A stretch of 64,000 nucleotides of DNA, from contig MHKS01000005.1 in the NCBI GenBank assembly GCA_001818495.1, positions 323,890-387,889 on the forward strand, read 5' to 3'. Below are positions 62,073 to 64,000 of the stretch, piece by piece (the stretch's first letter is position 1; every line of letters starts with the position of its first letter). The notes under the pieces were generated by a model. That model ran no database searches. It was not told where the DNA came from and worked only from the letters and a program-made list of their open reading frames with translations. Made by a program: the position numbers and the translations under genes. The stretch is from Candidatus Komeilibacteria bacterium RIFOXYD1_FULL_37_29. Lineage in GTDB: Bacteria > Patescibacteriota > Patescibacteriia > UBA1558 > GWA2-36-10.

Positions 62073-63965
62073 ATGAACGATAAAATATTTAAAATTAAAG
62101 CCAATTTTGAGCCAGCTGGTGATCAGCCGCAAGCCATAGTCAAACTAAACAAAGGTTTGAAAAGTGGTTACGAGCACCAGACTCTTTTGGGTGTGACCGG
62201 CTCTGGTAAGACCTATACCATGGCCAATATAATTGCTGATTATAATAAGCCGACCCTAGTCATTGCTCCCAACAAGGCCTTAGCGGCCCAACTTTATCGT
62301 GAATATAAAAATTTTTTTCCACAAAATTCCGTAAATTATTTTGTTTCTTATTACGATTATTATCAGCCGGAAGCCTATATGCCGATTTCCGATACTTATA
62401 TTGAGAAAGAGGCCATGATCAACGATGAGATAGATAGACTGCGTCATCGGGCTACCAGCGCTCTTTTGACCAGACGGGATGTAATTATTGTGGCTTCGGT
62501 TTCTTGTATCTATAATCTAGGTATTCCGCTAAATTATCTGGAGCATTCGCTTCGCTTGGCTATAACCCAGCCGATTGTCAGAGGAGACCTGATCAAACAA
62601 TTGGTTAAAATCCAGTTTGATCGTACGCCAGGTGAACTAAAAAGGGGTTTATTTAGAGTGCGAGGGGATGTCTTTGAGATTATGCCAGCGGCTGAAGATT
62701 TGGTTTACCGCATAGAGCTAGCTGAACAAAAAATTAGTTCAATATCAGTAGTAGATAAGCTGACTCGTAAAGTCAAAGAAGAGCTCAAAGAAACTTTGAT
62801 TTTTCCACCCAAACATTTTGTCTCTTCCCAGCCAGAAATTGTCAGAGCCATCAAAGATATTAAAGCTGAACTTAAAGAACGCTTGGGTTTTTTTGAAAAA
62901 CATAAACTTTATTTGGAATATGAAAGACTAGCCAGACGGACTCGTTTTGATATGGAAATGATGAGATCATTGGGGTATTGTCATGGTATTGAAAATTATT
63001 CTCGTCATTTAACTGGCAAACTATCGGGCCAGGCACCTGATACACTCTTGGCTTATTTTCCAGTCAAAGATGGTCGACCAGATTTTTTGACTATTGTTGA
63101 TGAATCTCATATTGGTTTGCCACAGATTCGAGGTATGTATGCTGGTGATAAAAGCCGTAAAGAAACTTTGGTTAAATATGGTTGGCGTTTGCCGTCAGCT
63201 TTGGATAATCGGCCACTACGTTTTGAAGAATTTGAACAAAGGGTTGGGCAGATGATCTTTACTACGGCTACGCCAGGTGATTGGGAAATGAAATATTCCC
63301 AGCAGATAGTCGAGCAAGTAATCAGACCAACCGGACTGATAGATCCATCAATTGATGTGCGACCAGTTTTTGATAAACGCACCAAGCGCAGTCAGATTGA
63401 TGATATCGTGTCCGAAATAGAAATACTAGCCAAAAAAGGTCAGAGAGTGATAGTCAATACTTTGACCAAGCGTCAGGCCGAAGATTTGCATAGCTATTTA
63501 AAGAATAAAAAGATAAAATCAAATTATATTCATTCGGATATCAAAACTATTGAGCGAACGGAGATTTTGATGAATTTTCGACAGGGTAAATTTGATGTTT
63601 TGGTGGGTGTCAATTTACTGCGAGAAGGTTTGGATTTACCAGAAGTGGGATTGGTGGCCATCTTGGATGCTGATCGGGAAGGATTTTTAAGAAGCGAAAC
63701 TTCACTGATTCAGATTATGGGGCGAGCGGCCAGAAATCTTCGTGGCACGGTTATTCTTTATGCTGATAAAACCACTGGTTCTATCAAAAGAGCCATGGCC
63801 GAGGTCAATAGACGTCGCATTATTCAGTCGGCTTACAATAAAAAACACAATATTAAACCACAAACAATTGTTAAAAAAATTGAGCAGTTTTTGGATATTG
63901 ACCCAGCCTCTCCTGCCTACCGCAGGCCGGCGCGAGAAGTTGGATTAAAGAAAAAAGGAAAATAA
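62073..63965 (+). CDS. uvrB: Excinuclease ABC subunit B (UvrB)
   Basis: FEPAGDQPQAI...GVTGSGKTYTMANII (helicase motif I); beta-hairpin YYDYYQPEAY; DESH box; helicase motifs V and VI. Confidence 0.9.
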   Translation: MNDKIFKIKANFEPAGDQPQAIVKLNKGLKSGYEHQTLLGVTGSGKTYTMANIIADYNKPTLVIAPNKALAAQLYREYKNFFPQNSVNYFVSYYDYYQPEAYMPISDTYIEKEAMINDEIDRLRHRATSALLTRRDVIIVASVSCIYNLGIPLNYLEHSLRLAITQPIVRGDLIKQLVKIQFDRTPGELKRGLFRVRGDVFEIMPAAEDLVYRIELAEQKISSISVVDKLTRKVKEELKETLIFPPKHFVSSQPEIVRAIKDIKAELKERLGFFEKHKLYLEYERLARRTRFDMEMMRSLGYCHGIENYSRHLTGKLSGQAPDTLLAYFPVKDGRPDFLTIVDESHIGLPQIRGMYAGDKSRKETLVKYGWRLPSALDNRPLRFEEFEQRVGQMIFTTATPGDWEMKYSQQIVEQVIRPTGLIDPSIDVRPVFDKRTKRSQIDDIVSEIEILAKKGQRVIVNTLTKRQAEDLHSYLKNKKIKSNYIHSDIKTIERTEILMNFRQGKFDVLVGVNLLREGLDLPEVGLVAILDADREGFLRSETSLIQIMGRAARNLRGTVILYADKTTGSIKRAMAEVNRRRIIQSAYNKKHNIKPQTIVKKIEQFLDIDPASPAYRRPAREVGLKKKGK

Positions 63966-63969
63966 AATT

Positions 63970-64000
63970 ATGGAGGAGAATATAATTATCAAAGGTGCCC
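63970..64000 (+). CDS. 5' end of the next gene (MEENIIIKGA...), plausibly uvrA (partial)
   Basis: RBS AAAGGAAAA then ATG; IIIKGA resembles the UvrA N-terminus (I.V.GAR); only 10 codons visible. Confidence 0.3.
   Translation, partial: MEENIIIKGA

Noticed and set aside
1-64000. CRISPR arrays, rRNA genes, IS elements/transposases, integrases, toxin-antitoxin pairs
   Set aside because: Visual scanning for regularly spaced direct repeats, DDE/tyrosine-recombinase motifs and rRNA-like GC-rich conserved blocks found none. The only repeat families seen are the terminator hairpin motifs and the in-gene cysteine-repeat DNA repeats.
1-64000. Alternative genetic code (UGA recoded as Gly/Trp, as in some CPR lineages)
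   Set aside because: Standard-code ORFs tile the window end to end with family-consistent full-length proteins, which would not happen if in-frame UGA codons were frequent. I did not tabulate codons by hand, so this remains an assumption rather than a proof.

Overview
AT-rich, tightly packed bacterial window with almost no non-coding DNA. The gene content and compact organisation suggest a small-genome organism such as a Candidate Phyla Radiation (Patescibacteria) bacterium; this is inference only. Standard code 11 is assumed because long ORFs tile the window without interruption. Five blocks stand out. (1) A ~26.6 kb surface-glycan locus (100..26701): an O-antigen-ligase-like/TPR membrane protein, five consecutive GT4 glycosyltransferases, four class I SAM methyltransferases, a TagF-like glycerophosphotransferase, a 2-hydroxyacid dehydrogenase, a LicC-like cytidylyltransferase, a tandem class-V aminotransferase fusion, a Wzx flippase, an NAD-dependent epimerase, a WbaP-like initiating phosphotransferase, a GT-C/ArnT-like transferase with a GtrB/ArnC-like GT2, and an AsnB-type amidotransferase. 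(2) A minimal chemosensory module (MCP-like, CheW, CheA, CheY; 26840..30428) transcriptionally fused to a type IV pilus operon (PilB, PilC, three prepilins with C-terminal lectin-like or cysteine-rich domains, a PilM-PilN fusion), followed by a separately promoted and terminated major pilin. I consider this the most interesting system in the window. (3) A MacAB/YknXYZ-like adaptor + ABC ATPase + two FtsX-type permeases. (4) A CIRCE-controlled hrcA-grpE-hsp20-dnaK-dnaJ operon, with an extra 5'-UTR hairpin over the hrcA translation start. (5) tRNA-Thr, rpmG and tRNA-Trp followed by an AT-rich ~6 kb accessory stretch bounded by three copies of a ~35-nt motif derived from the tRNA-Trp 3' end plus its terminator hairpin; then rlmN, uvrB and a probable uvrA start. 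No CRISPR array, rRNA or recognisable transposase/integrase was seen. Coordinates of small motifs are hand-counted and may be off by 1-2 nt.
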